From a virus (Duplodnaviria; Caudoviricetes): a stretch of DNA of 24,465 bases. The stretch is taken from the IMG/VR virus record IMGVR_UViG_3300043414_001167, positions 1 to 24,465 of that record. The stretch is one strand, 5' to 3'. Under the pieces are notes generated by a model, which worked only from the letters and a program-made list of their open reading frames with translations, ran no database searches and was not told the DNA's origin. The position numbers and the translations under genes are program-made. Below, one piece after another: positions 1 through 8,349 of this stretch. Positions within the stretch are counted from its first letter, which is position 1; each line of letters opens with the position of its first letter.

Positions 1-3000
1 CTCTGCGCCAAGAATTAGTGTTTGTGCAAACATATAAAAATCCAGTATTCCAAACAATTGTTCCTTTAACTCCACTTGCTCCTGTAGTTGATGGTATTCC
101 AGTAGGACCTGCTAAAATTAAATTGCCGCTTGTTAATGTTAAATTTAATCCAGAGATACTCATGTCATCAACAGATACGTCCATGCTACTAAATATACCA
201 GTTTGAGCTACTGTTATATTATTGTTAAATGTTGTGGCGGCTGTAAATGTTGTTGCCGCTGTGAATGTTTTACTTCCACTTATAGTTTGAGTTCCGCTAG
301 TTTGTACAATTGTATCTGGAACTTGGCCAGCTTCTCCGCTTAAAAGAACTCCTGTGCCGTTAATAAAAAGTCTATTTTTAAGATCAAGATATCCGCCTAT
401 ATTTGATCCATTAATTTCACTTTTATAAGCTGAAATAATTTGTGTTCTTGTATATTCAAAACCTGCATAAGTAATAGGTGGAGTAGCATCATTATAGTTG
501 TTCCATGAAGTTGATCCACCTTGTTGATAATTTGTAAAATAAAATTTATAAAATTTACCATGCAAAGTATCATGCATTATTAATTGTGCACCAACTATAT
601 TACCGCCTATTCCTCCTCCCCATAAATCATAAAGAGAAAAATAATCTCTCAGATCGAAATTAGTTAAATCACTCCATCCATCTCTATTCCATTCTGTATA
701 ACTTGGTCCGCTTCCATTCCATCCACCTTCTTGACTTGGATTATAAAGAGCTAGATGAGTTCCTCTTGTTATTTGGACATTAGTATCAATAGTATCAATT
801 ACTTGAACTTCAGTATTATTACTTTGGGTGACTGTTACTGGTGCTCCAAGTTCAATAAAGTCTCCAATATTTAAACTAGATCCACTTATATTAACTTGAG
901 AATAAAAACTTGCGCCACTTGCTTTTATATTTCCATTTACTTCTAATTTTTCAGATGGAGTATTTGTGCCAATACCGACTTTATTATTAAGTATTACTTT
1001 ATCATTGTCTGTTGAAAATGTTGTGATACCACTATTACTAATTATTTTAAATGGAAGCACAAAAGACTGTATATAATTATCCCCTACATCAAGCCCTTCT
1101 GCATCTTGAGCTATTATTAATTTATCATTTCCATTTCCTTGTAAAGTAATTTTTGCAAATCCATCTGATCCACCGAATACAGAATTTACTATTAAATTAG
1201 GAGTTTCATCTTGAAATGTTTTAGTTCCAGATATAGTTTGATTTCCAGTTGTAAATACTATATTACTACTTGTTGAGTTTATATAGCCGCTGAGATTATT
1301 TATCTTACCATCTAAAGCTGTTCCTGTGTTTCTGATAGTAGTTAGATCAGTTGCTAAATTTGCTATTTTGCTTTGAGCTATATTTGCATTGTTGTCAACA
1401 TCAGCATTGAAAATTCCAGTGGCAGGACTTTGGAAAACTCCATTAATTACTTTAACAACACCATTTCCTGCGACTGATGGAATTGTTGTATGAACATGAG
1501 AAGGTCTATAAGAATCAAAATAAAGAGTAATAGTTCTATTATTTGTTGTGTATTTTTTACCAAATAATTGTACATAAATTCTTTCATTACTTGCTATGCC
1601 AGTTTGAGGCACTGTTGCATTTAAAATATATTGAGCAATAGTAGATGTTTCATATAAATAAACATCATCACTTGATGCTAAGTAACGATAAGTAGAATTA
1701 GTAGGATTATATATATTGACTACTGCTTTTATCGAACATTCAGTTGCACTTGCATTATCTATGTTAGCCCAAATATTAAAATCCCAAAGTCCAGCAGGAA
1801 TATTTGTTACTTGAGGATTTCCACTAGCTGTGACAAAACTACACAATAATTTATCTGTCAATCTTGGATCTAATTCATTACTTGTAGCTTGTCCAGATCC
1901 TATAGCATATTGTGTTCCTAATAAAGAAAGTGCGTGATCACCAGTAGTTGGCAATCCACCTGTTGGAGCTATTCCACTTCTATTAGCAAAATCAAAATAA
2001 TAAACTAATCCACCACCACCATTACCTCCAGCTGGTACTGCTCCAGCTCTCCAAGAAGATGATGCTGCGTTCCATTGTAATACTTGACCATCTGCTGCTC
2101 CTCCATTTAAATCAAGTTTATATCCTTGGAGTTTATTTACTGTTGGATAAGGTAAAAAGCCAGTTAAATCTCCACTAATTATACTTTCGCCGCTAAGTAA
2201 AATATTAGTGCCATTTACTGTTGGGCGATTTGTGAATAAGCCGTTATTTTTTGTGACATAATTTCCAGTTAATGTTCCACTAAGAGAATTAATACTAGTT
2301 ACTAAAGTCGAGCCAGTATTAGCTAACTGAATATCACTTGCAAATGTAGCGTCCAAGGTTCCAGTATATCCAGTAAACAATCCGCTCAAAGAATTTATAT
2401 TAGAATTTAAAGTAGAACCAGTATTAGCAAGATTTGTAATGGTAGAATAAGTATTTGAAGCTGAAGAGGTTGTTAGATAATTTCCCGTAAGAGTTCCACT
2501 CAATGAAATTATTGAATTATTTAAAGTGCTACCAGTCGAAGCTAGATTAGCTACTGTTGCATATGAACTTAAATTAACGCCAGTTAATACTGCGTTACCA
2601 TTAACAAAAAGCCCACTAGTAAAATTACCACTTCCATAGACTGTGAAATTATTACCAGAAATAACCAAAAAATCACCCTGCGCCGAGTCGCCAAATGTTG
2701 TATCTTGTATAAAAGTTTTAGTTCCAGAGATAGTTTGATTTCCTGTTGTGAATACAATGTTGCTGCTGGTTGAATTTATATAACCGCTAAGATTATTTAT
2801 TTTTGTATTTAAAGTTGAGCCAGTATTAGCGAGATTTAATATTGTTGCATAATTTCCAGTTAAAGTACCACTTAAACTATTAATACTGTTATTTAAAGTA
2901 ACACCAGTAGAGGAAACGTTTACAATTGTAGCGTAGGTACTAGAAGCAGAACTTGTGGTAAGATAGTTTCCTGTAAGAGTTCCGCTCAAAGAATTAATAC

Positions 3001-4258
3001 TATTAACAAGAGTTGTTCCAGTATTAGCAAGTTGACTATCAGTTGCATATGTTGCATCAAGATTTCCAGTGAATCCAGTAAAAGCAGAGTTAAGAGAATT
3101 TATACTAGAAACTAAAGTTGAACCAGTAGAAGCAAGATTAGTAATAGTTGCGTAGTTGGAAGTTAATGTTCCGCTAAGTGAATTTATATTATTATTTAAT
3201 GTAGCGCCAGTTGAAGCTAAATTAGCTGAAGTAGCATAAAGACTTGGGGTTACTTTTACCCCACTGATTGTAAAAGTATTATTTATATTAACAACATCTT
3301 GACTAATATCAACATTAATTGTTGAAACTCCAGTTTTATAAATAACTACACTTCTTGATTTAGTATTACTATCATTTATATATAAATTACCAAGTACATT
3401 AACATCTCCTCCATAAGGTTCGTAGCTATCTGTTCCTGCATATAAATTAATATTTCCTCCAGCAATATCTCCGCTTCCAGCAGTTAAATTAATATCACCG
3501 CCAATAGAAGAAGCACCAAATCCAAAAGCTCTATCTAATGCTTTGATATCAATCGAAATTGTACCACCACCAACTCCACTTAAACCAGATATAGTACGAA
3601 CAGATAATGTATTGTTAAAAGTTTTATTTCCATTAATAGTTTGATTGCCAAATGTTAATACTGAAACACCACTTAGATTATTTATTTTTGTATCAAGAGT
3701 TGAACCACTACTTGCAAGGTTAGTAACTAACGTACTTCCAGTTAAACCGAGATTTGTTATTGTAGCATAATTACTTGTGAGAGTTCCACTCAGAGAATTG
3801 ATATTAGAGTTTAAGGTATTTCCAGTTGAATTTAAATTATTTATTGTAGCATAAGTAGATGATGCAGAATTTGTTGTAAGATAATTGCCAGTTAAAGTTC
3901 CGCTTAATGAAGATATTTTATTTTCTAAATTTGAACCAGTTAATGTAAGATTAGATGTCGTAGCATAATTAGATAAATTAACTCCAGTTATAAATCCACT
4001 AGGATTAGTAATAGCATAATATCTAAGATCGAATAGTCCTGTATTTACAATTCCGCTTGGTCCAGTTGCTCCACTTGGACCAGTTGCTCCACTTGGACCA
4101 GTTGCACCACTTGGACCTATTGTACCACTTGGGCCTTGAATTCCAGCTAGTCCTTGAGATCCAGGAATTAAAATATTAGCAACTAAAGCTTGCGTTGGTG
4201 ATGTTACATCAACAGTTATAGCGTTAGGCACATTAACGTCTACATTAATATCTGCCAT
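1..4258 (-). CDS. Large fibre/adhesin protein (>1419 aa, runs off left edge): collagen segment, coiled-coil repeats, several globular domains
   Basis: Hand translation from ATG at 4258 (MADINVDVNVPNAITVDV...) stays open to the window edge; absent from the ORF track because no stop lies in the window. Contains G-X-Y run, ~13 TGxTL...INSLSG-type repeats, GNQTISGxKTF motifs, KVGIGTNTPSEKLEVNG, and ends GTIVWNTGFLYVCTNTNSWRR, a motif typical of phage fibre C-termini. Confidence 0.88.
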   Translation of the reverse strand, partial: MADINVDVNVPNAITVDVTSPTQALVANILIPGSQGLAGIQGPSGTIGPSGATGPSGATGPSGATGPSGIVNTGLFDLRYYAITNPSGFITGVNLSNYATTSNLTLTGSNLENKISSLSGTLTGNYLTTNSASSTYATINNLNSTGNTLNSNINSLSGTLTSNYATITNLGLTGSTLVTNLASSGSTLDTKINNLSGVSVLTFGNQTINGNKTFNNTLSVRTISGLSGVGGGTISIDIKALDRAFGFGASSIGGDINLTAGSGDIAGGNINLYAGTDSYEPYGGDVNVLGNLYINDSNTKSRSVVIYKTGVSTINVDISQDVVNINNTFTISGVKVTPSLYATSANLASTGATLNNNINSLSGTLTSNYATITNLASTGSTLVSSINSLNSAFTGFTGNLDATYATDSQLANTGTTLVNSINSLSGTLTGNYLTTSSASSTYATIVNVSSTGVTLNNSINSLSGTLTGNYATILNLANTGSTLNTKINNLSGYINSTSSNIVFTTGNQTISGTKTFIQDTTFGDSAQGDFLVISGNNFTVYGSGNFTSGLFVNGNAVLTGVNLSSYATVANLASTGSTLNNSIISLSGTLTGNYLTTSSASNTYSTITNLANTGSTLNSNINSLSGLFTGYTGTLDATFASDIQLANTGSTLVTSINSLSGTLTGNYVTKNNGLFTNRPTVNGTNILLSGESIISGDLTGFLPYPTVNKLQGYKLDLNGGAADGQVLQWNAASSSWRAGAVPAGGNGGGGLVYYFDFANRSGIAPTGGLPTTGDHALSLLGTQYAIGSGQATSNELDPRLTDKLLCSFVTASGNPQVTNIPAGLWDFNIWANIDNASATECSIKAVVNIYNPTNSTYRYLASSDDVYLYETSTIAQYILNATVPQTGIASNERIYVQLFGKKYTTNNRTITLYFDSYRPSHVHTTIPSVAGNGVVKVINGVFQSPATGIFNADVDNNANIAQSKIANLATDLTTIRNTGTALDGKINNLSGYINSTSSNIVFTTGNQTISGTKTFQDETPNLIVNSVFGGSDGFAKITLQGNGNDKLIIAQDAEGLDVGDNYIQSFVLPFKIISNSGITTFSTDNDKVILNNKVGIGTNTPSEKLEVNGNIKASGASFYSQVNISGSSLNIGDFIELGAPVTVTQSNNTEVQVIDTIDTNVQITRGTHLALYNPSQEGGWNGSGPSYTEWNRDGWSDLTNFDLRDYFSLYDLWGGGIGGNIVGAQLIMHDTLHGKFYKFYFTNYQQGGSTSWNNYNDATPPITYAGFEYTRTQIISAYKSEINGSNIGGYLDLKNRLFINGTGVLLSGEAGQVPDTIVQTSGTQTISGSKTFTAATTFTAATTFNNNITVAQTGIFSSMDVSVDDMSISGLNLTLTSGNLILAGPTGIPSTTGASGVKGTIVWNTGFLYVCTNTNSWRR
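1214..1306 (-). repeat. Intragenic repeat copy B (KINNLSGYINSTSSNIVFTTGNQTISGTKTF)
   Basis: Same 31-aa peptide as 2711..2803. Confidence 0.9.
2711..2803 (-). repeat. Intragenic repeat copy A (KINNLSGYINSTSSNIVFTTGNQTISGTKTF)
   Basis: Same 31-aa peptide as 1214..1306. Confidence 0.9.
4046..4162 (-). repeat. Collagen-like (G-X-Y)13 segment with 18-bp tandem unit (GPSGAT)
   Basis: GSQGLAGIQGPSGTIGPSGATGPSGATGPSGATGPSGIV; plus-strand unit ccacttggaccagttgct repeated with variants. Confidence 0.9.
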
Positions 4259-4262
4259 AAAT

Positions 4263-4607
4263 TTATCTCGTTACTTCTGGCAAAATTGAAAATTTTCCTC
4301 GTAATAATTTTATACTATTTCCTGTTAATATTCCAGATGGATATCTTTCAATATCATAAACATGATCAGATATTGGAATATCTGCAGAGATATATGAATT
4401 AATATTAATAGCCATAGTTCCAGATAACACGTTAGTTATAGTTGGATTTAAATCCAATAAAACTCCTGTAGAGCCATAACTAGCACGAACTTGACCTCTT
4501 ACCTGATAACCACTTAAATTAAGTGCTGTTCCGTTACTATCTTTTAAATTTAATGTTAATTGTATATAGTCGCCTTGATAACCAGTGATATTATAAAATG
4601 TTGCCAT
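4263..4607 (-). CDS. BppU-N-like beta-sandwich fibre adaptor/virion structural protein
   Basis: Pattern YQGDY..L.LKD.NG..LNLSGY...QVR...VYDIE...LLRGKF.ILPEVT resembles small phage adaptors preceding fibre genes; ATG at 4607 preferred over the track's 4628 non-ATG start, with GTGTAAT 7 nt upstream. Confidence 0.65.
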   Translation of the reverse strand: MATFYNITGYQGDYIQLTLNLKDSNGTALNLSGYQVRGQVRASYGSTGVLLDLNPTITNVLSGTMAININSYISADIPISDHVYDIERYPSGILTGNSIKLLRGKFSILPEVTR

Positions 4608-4614
4608 GTAAAAT

Positions 4615-4621
4615 ATTACAC
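4615..4621 (-). promoter_or_regulatory. GTGTAAT candidate late promoter
   Basis: 7 nt upstream of ATG 4607; recurring motif. Confidence 0.6.
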
Positions 4622-4647
4622 AGAACAATTATTTTATTGATATTAAA

Positions 4648-4989
4648 TTAGCGACCTTCTGAAAGAATATCTTTTGCTGTTTTAGAAATAGGTTTATTGC
4701 TTGTGCTATTTTCTTTTACTTGAAATTGAGCAACATGTTTTTGAAATTCTTTTTTTAATCTTGCTACAAGAGTTCTACGATCATCAATTGGTACAAGTCC
4801 AATTTTAACTGCATGAGTTTGAAGATCACTTTTATTTAAATCGTCAAGATAAGTGTTATATTTTCCTAGATCTAAAGTTCCATACTTTGCATTACCAGTA
4901 TCTCCCCATACTTGGTCTAATGTGACAGCTTTCTCTACTTTGCCATGAGTTTGGCTTAATGATTCTAATTTTAGTTTCTTTTTAGGCAT
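4648..4989 (-). CDS. Small basic protein with Rho-N/HeH-like helical motif
   Basis: LDDLNKSDLQTHAVKIGL...RRTLVARL resembles helix-extension-helix; SD AAGGAG upstream. Confidence 0.5.
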   Translation of the reverse strand: MPKKKLKLESLSQTHGKVEKAVTLDQVWGDTGNAKYGTLDLGKYNTYLDDLNKSDLQTHAVKIGLVPIDDRRTLVARLKKEFQKHVAQFQVKENSTSNKPISKTAKDILSEGR

Positions 4990-5006
4990 AATTATCTCCT
5001 TAACAT

Positions 5007-5035
5007 ATTATACTGTTGTAAAAATCATATGTCTA
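5007..5035 (-). promoter_or_regulatory. Sigma70-like promoter TAGACA-N17-TATAAT
   Basis: -35 at 5035-5030, -10 at 5012-5007, exact 17-nt spacer, followed by AAGGAG and ATG 4989. Confidence 0.7.
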
Positions 5036-5037
5036 AT

Positions 5038-5077
5038 AAAAAAGAAAAACCCGAGGGAATAAACCCTCGGGCTTTTC
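5038..5077 (-). terminator. Rho-independent terminator after major capsid gene
   Basis: Perfect 8-bp stem CCCGAGGG/CCCTCGGG (5050-5057, 5064-5071), 6-nt loop, U-tract TTTTTCTTTTTT on minus strand; short T-tract on plus strand too. Confidence 0.92.
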
Positions 5078-5098
5078 AATTCTAATATAATCTAAATA

Positions 5099-6190
5099 TT
5101 AGGCTCCGCGGAGGATGATACCTGCGATTGCACGGGCATCAAGACATACGCGACCTTCTTCTAGAGAACCATAGAATCCGATCTTTTCAGATCTGGATAC
5201 GAATTGGTCGTCTGGAAGAGCGGTAAATGTACTGCTTGTTTCGCTGTTTTGAGCTACTGGGCGTACAAATGCGTCCTTACTTAGATCTGCACCAACTAGG
5301 ATTTCGTCACCAGTTGTGGCTGGGTCAAAGGCTATTGCGCTATTGCCACCAGCAGCTAGTAGAACGTCAAACAAGGTGTTATATTTTCTGCCTTGTCCAA
5401 GTTCAACGAGCTCATGAAGTGCGATTCCATAAAGTTCTTGTGAACCACCGCCGCGATAGATTTCTTCACGGACGTTAGCTGGAAGATCAGTGTTACCATT
5501 TGTTACAGCGTTGTAAGCAAATGAACGGATATCTTCTTTAACTTCTGGACTAATAAACAAATCAGTCATTCCATATGAATCAACAGTCGAACCACCAGCA
5601 TAAGAAGTATTGATTCTTTTTACGAGTGTTAGCAATTGATTTAATCCACCAAGGGTGAATTTACCAGTTGTTCCACTAAGTTCAACCAAATGATCAGAGC
5701 CATTTGTGTTAGCTTCAGCAAGAGCTTTTAAAACTACTGCCCAAGCGTTACGTTCTTGTTTTACGAGAACTTCGTTGGTCATGCGCTCTACGGCTTTACT
5801 GACTACATCAAGACGGCCACGACGAGCATAGCGTTTCAAGAAAGAAACTGCGCTATCTAAACGATAGGTAGAAACTTTCAATTCGCTAAATCCTTCTACT
5901 ACTGAAGAAGGAAGACCACCTGCTACGTTTTGACTCCAAACGGTTGTATAACCTTCTGCATTCTCATTGTACCATAGGTCAAGAGGAATAGAGGGGGAGT
6001 CGTCTTCGTTATAAGGTAGGTCAGTATAAACTGCACTAGCTGTTCCAGCTTGCATTAGAACTTTGCTAACAACTGGACCGATAAAAGCTGCAAAAGCTTC
6101 ACTAGCTTCTCTTGCAACGTTTCCGTCACGGCTAGCCATAGCTTTAATTAGCTCAACTTGTTCTGGTGTATTTTTTAATTTTAATTTCAT
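5099..6190 (-). CDS. Major capsid protein (probable HK97 fold)
   Basis: 363 aa, follows protease/scaffold and decoration genes, strong SD AAGGAG, terminator downstream, more GC-rich codon use, C-terminal KIGFYGSLEEGRVCLDARAIAGII strand pattern. Confidence 0.85.
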   Translation of the reverse strand: MKLKLKNTPEQVELIKAMASRDGNVAREASEAFAAFIGPVVSKVLMQAGTASAVYTDLPYNEDDSPSIPLDLWYNENAEGYTTVWSQNVAGGLPSSVVEGFSELKVSTYRLDSAVSFLKRYARRGRLDVVSKAVERMTNEVLVKQERNAWAVVLKALAEANTNGSDHLVELSGTTGKFTLGGLNQLLTLVKRINTSYAGGSTVDSYGMTDLFISPEVKEDIRSFAYNAVTNGNTDLPANVREEIYRGGGSQELYGIALHELVELGQGRKYNTLFDVLLAAGGNSAIAFDPATTGDEILVGADLSKDAFVRPVAQNSETSSTFTALPDDQFVSRSEKIGFYGSLEEGRVCLDARAIAGIILRGA

Positions 6191-6212
6191 TTTAAATATT
6201 CTCCTTTAAGAA

Positions 6213-6809
6213 TTAGAGTTCGATTTTTAGAGCGGCTACACCATTGACGGATTTGCCGAGCCAACGACCAACTCTTGTGGTGGAAGCTGCAAGTACTGCA
6301 CTTGCAGTCAAAGTTGCAAACTCTGAATGACTAATGGCTCTGAGTTCGCCATTTGTACCAAGAATTGCATGAGGAGTTGCATTTGCATCAGCGACTGTTA
6401 TGCCACTATACATTACAACACCTTTTGTTAGAATTGGTACTGCTTGTCCACTAACAACAACATTCATTTCTGCTGCTTTACGTGGATTGAAAATTAGTTT
6501 TTCGCCATTTTCATCTGTTTCACGGATGTCCATAAGTGTTAATCCAAGAACTCTGTCTCCAGAGGCAGGAATTCCAACTTTTGGTGTTGCGCCGTAGCGT
6601 TGTGAAACTACATTATTATATGCAGATCCTACATCACCTAATCTTGCGTTAACATCATATCCGTTTGCTGTGGTGTCTGGAGCGAATCCATCACCCATAA
6701 TCTTTACAACTAGTCCTTTACGAACTAGTGAACTATCTCCACTATAAGAGTAGAGATTCACAACGTCTTGCTCGCTGTATTGTCTGAATGGTCTTAAATC
6801 ATGTGCCAT
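6213..6809 (-). CDS. Capsid decoration/cement protein
   Basis: 198-aa Gly/Val/Ala-rich beta protein between scaffold and capsid genes; SD AAGGAG; GQAVPILTKGVV and VGRWLG patterns like beta-tulip decoration proteins. Confidence 0.65.
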   Translation of the reverse strand: MAHDLRPFRQYSEQDVVNLYSYSGDSSLVRKGLVVKIMGDGFAPDTTANGYDVNARLGDVGSAYNNVVSQRYGATPKVGIPASGDRVLGLTLMDIRETDENGEKLIFNPRKAAEMNVVVSGQAVPILTKGVVMYSGITVADANATPHAILGTNGELRAISHSEFATLTASAVLAASTTRVGRWLGKSVNGVAALKIEL

Positions 6810-6825
6810 ATTTTTATCTCCTTAT

Positions 6826-7497
6826 TTATTTGTTTGTGATACTAAAACCTTCCAAACCGAAAGCACTGGCGTATTTTTCACGCACAGTTTGCTCTGTGGC
6901 TGGGGCAGAATTTGGTATTTCAGTCGAAGCTTTTGATCCATTATCAACAGCTTGTTCAACAACCTCTTGGGTTGTAGAAATTGTTTGAGCAACCTCTTCA
7001 GAAGCTTTAACTTCTTGAGAAGCTACTTCGGCTTTCATCTCTTCTTCTTTTTTCATTTGAGTTTTTTTAGCAGCCTTGTTCTTTTCTTTCATTAGAACTG
7101 CCATTTTACCCTTGTAAGCAGAGAAGCCTTCTTCAGTTAAATCTTTAATATCTGAGGCGAGGACTTTACGATCTTCATCGCTGAGATCATATTCGTTATC
7201 TAGATCAGCCATACGCATATTAAAAGCTTCTTCTTGAGCTTTAGCTAATTGTTGAGCTTCAATAGCAGATAATTTTTCGCTAACTTCTGCTAGTTGTTTT
7301 TTAAGAGTTTCTTGTTCAGCTAAAGCTGTTTCTGATTTTTCAGTTGCAGCTTTGAGAGCGTTTTCTTTCTCTGCTTTTTCTGCGCTGAATTGGTCATTAA
7401 GCTTTTTAATTTCTTCGCCAATAAATTCAGTAATGCTAGAAGCAGTTACTTCCTTCAAGAGCGTATCTGTAATATCTTCAATTTTGGTTATTTTCAT
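6826..7497 (-). CDS. Nested in-frame scaffolding protein (223 aa, from Met284)
   Basis: AAGGAGAGG at 7512-7504 directly upstream of in-frame ATG 7497, after an acidic linker and at the start of the coiled-coil region. Confidence 0.72.
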   Translation of the reverse strand: MKITKIEDITDTLLKEVTASSITEFIGEEIKKLNDQFSAEKAEKENALKAATEKSETALAEQETLKKQLAEVSEKLSAIEAQQLAKAQEEAFNMRMADLDNEYDLSDEDRKVLASDIKDLTEEGFSAYKGKMAVLMKEKNKAAKKTQMKKEEEMKAEVASQEVKASEEVAQTISTTQEVVEQAVDNGSKASTEIPNSAPATEQTVREKYASAFGLEGFSITNK

Positions 7498-8346
7498 ATA
7501 TATCCTCTCCTTTTTTACATTAATTTCATCGTCTTGGGAAGTATTATTTTCCTTAACGACTGCGCTAGAAGATGTGTTTTCTTCTTTTTCGGTGTTTATC
7601 TCTTCAGTTTGAACAGCAACACCTTGTACATCAGCTGCTGGATTTAGTGTTAATCCAACCCCTAATGGAACAACTTTACCTAAAACTTGTCTATAAATAT
7701 TTTTATTTCCAACTTTTCCACTTCCCCCAAAAGACCTTAGACTCTTTTGCATTTTCTCTATTGTAGCAGCGTCAGTAACAAATTCGCCATCTTCTATATT
7801 CTTTTCATCTTCATCTAACATAACAATATTATATTCATTAAATCCAAGTTCCCAGCTAGCGCTAATTGCCATATAATTATTACTTGTTGGGTCGTTACTC
7901 TCTTCTATTTGATCTGCTATTTCTTTATTAACAACTTTCCAAATAACACCACCAAGGGTTATATTAAATGGTTGTTTCATATCTTTAACTTCTTCTGAAC
8001 TTAAACTTTCATCAGATCCAAATCTACTAAAACTAGCAGATAATATACAACCAATAACTTGATTTCTATTGTGTTCTACATTAATTGGTTTATTAATGAA
8101 ATTTTTAGTAATTTTAGCAGCTGTTTCGCCGTCTATAACATCACCATTTTTATTAACTCTATTAACAACACAAGCATCAAAAGCAACAGGAAGAAGATCA
8201 ATATTATCTTCTGTGTTAATATCAGGTAAGAATTTCTTTAATTTTTCAAGTGAAGCAACTGAAAGATATTTATCTTTATCTTCACTCACAACTGGTCTAA
8301 TTTTAATATTAGAAAATGTAGTTAAAAATTTTGTTTGTTTTTTCAT
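6826..8346 (-). CDS. Prohead maturation protease fused to coiled-coil scaffold
   Basis: N-terminal NKNGD, KPINVEH (candidate His), ISASWE (candidate Ser), GVGLTLNPAAD; C-terminal E/K/A-rich coiled coil; position upstream of capsid genes. Confidence 0.8.
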   Translation of the reverse strand: MKKQTKFLTTFSNIKIRPVVSEDKDKYLSVASLEKLKKFLPDINTEDNIDLLPVAFDACVVNRVNKNGDVIDGETAAKITKNFINKPINVEHNRNQVIGCILSASFSRFGSDESLSSEEVKDMKQPFNITLGGVIWKVVNKEIADQIEESNDPTSNNYMAISASWELGFNEYNIVMLDEDEKNIEDGEFVTDAATIEKMQKSLRSFGGSGKVGNKNIYRQVLGKVVPLGVGLTLNPAADVQGVAVQTEEINTEKEENTSSSAVVKENNTSQDDEINVKKERIYMKITKIEDITDTLLKEVTASSITEFIGEEIKKLNDQFSAEKAEKENALKAATEKSETALAEQETLKKQLAEVSEKLSAIEAQQLAKAQEEAFNMRMADLDNEYDLSDEDRKVLASDIKDLTEEGFSAYKGKMAVLMKEKNKAAKKTQMKKEEEMKAEVASQEVKASEEVAQTISTTQEVVEQAVDNGSKASTEIPNSAPATEQTVREKYASAFGLEGFSITNK

Positions 8347-8349
8347 AAT

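Noticed and set aside
18-206. Plus-strand 62-aa ORF
   Set aside because: Antisense shadow of the large fibre gene; no RBS or recognisable motif
227-268. TFTAAT short tandem repeat as phase-variable tract
   Set aside because: Unit is 18 nt, in-frame and silently diverged; cannot shift frame
4046-4162. 18-bp tandem repeats as CRISPR or iteron array
   Set aside because: No spacers; in-frame collagen G-X-Y coding explains them
4608-4628. Track start at 4628 (MFCVIFY extension)
   Set aside because: Non-ATG start spanning the GTGTAAT motif; ATG 4607 fits better
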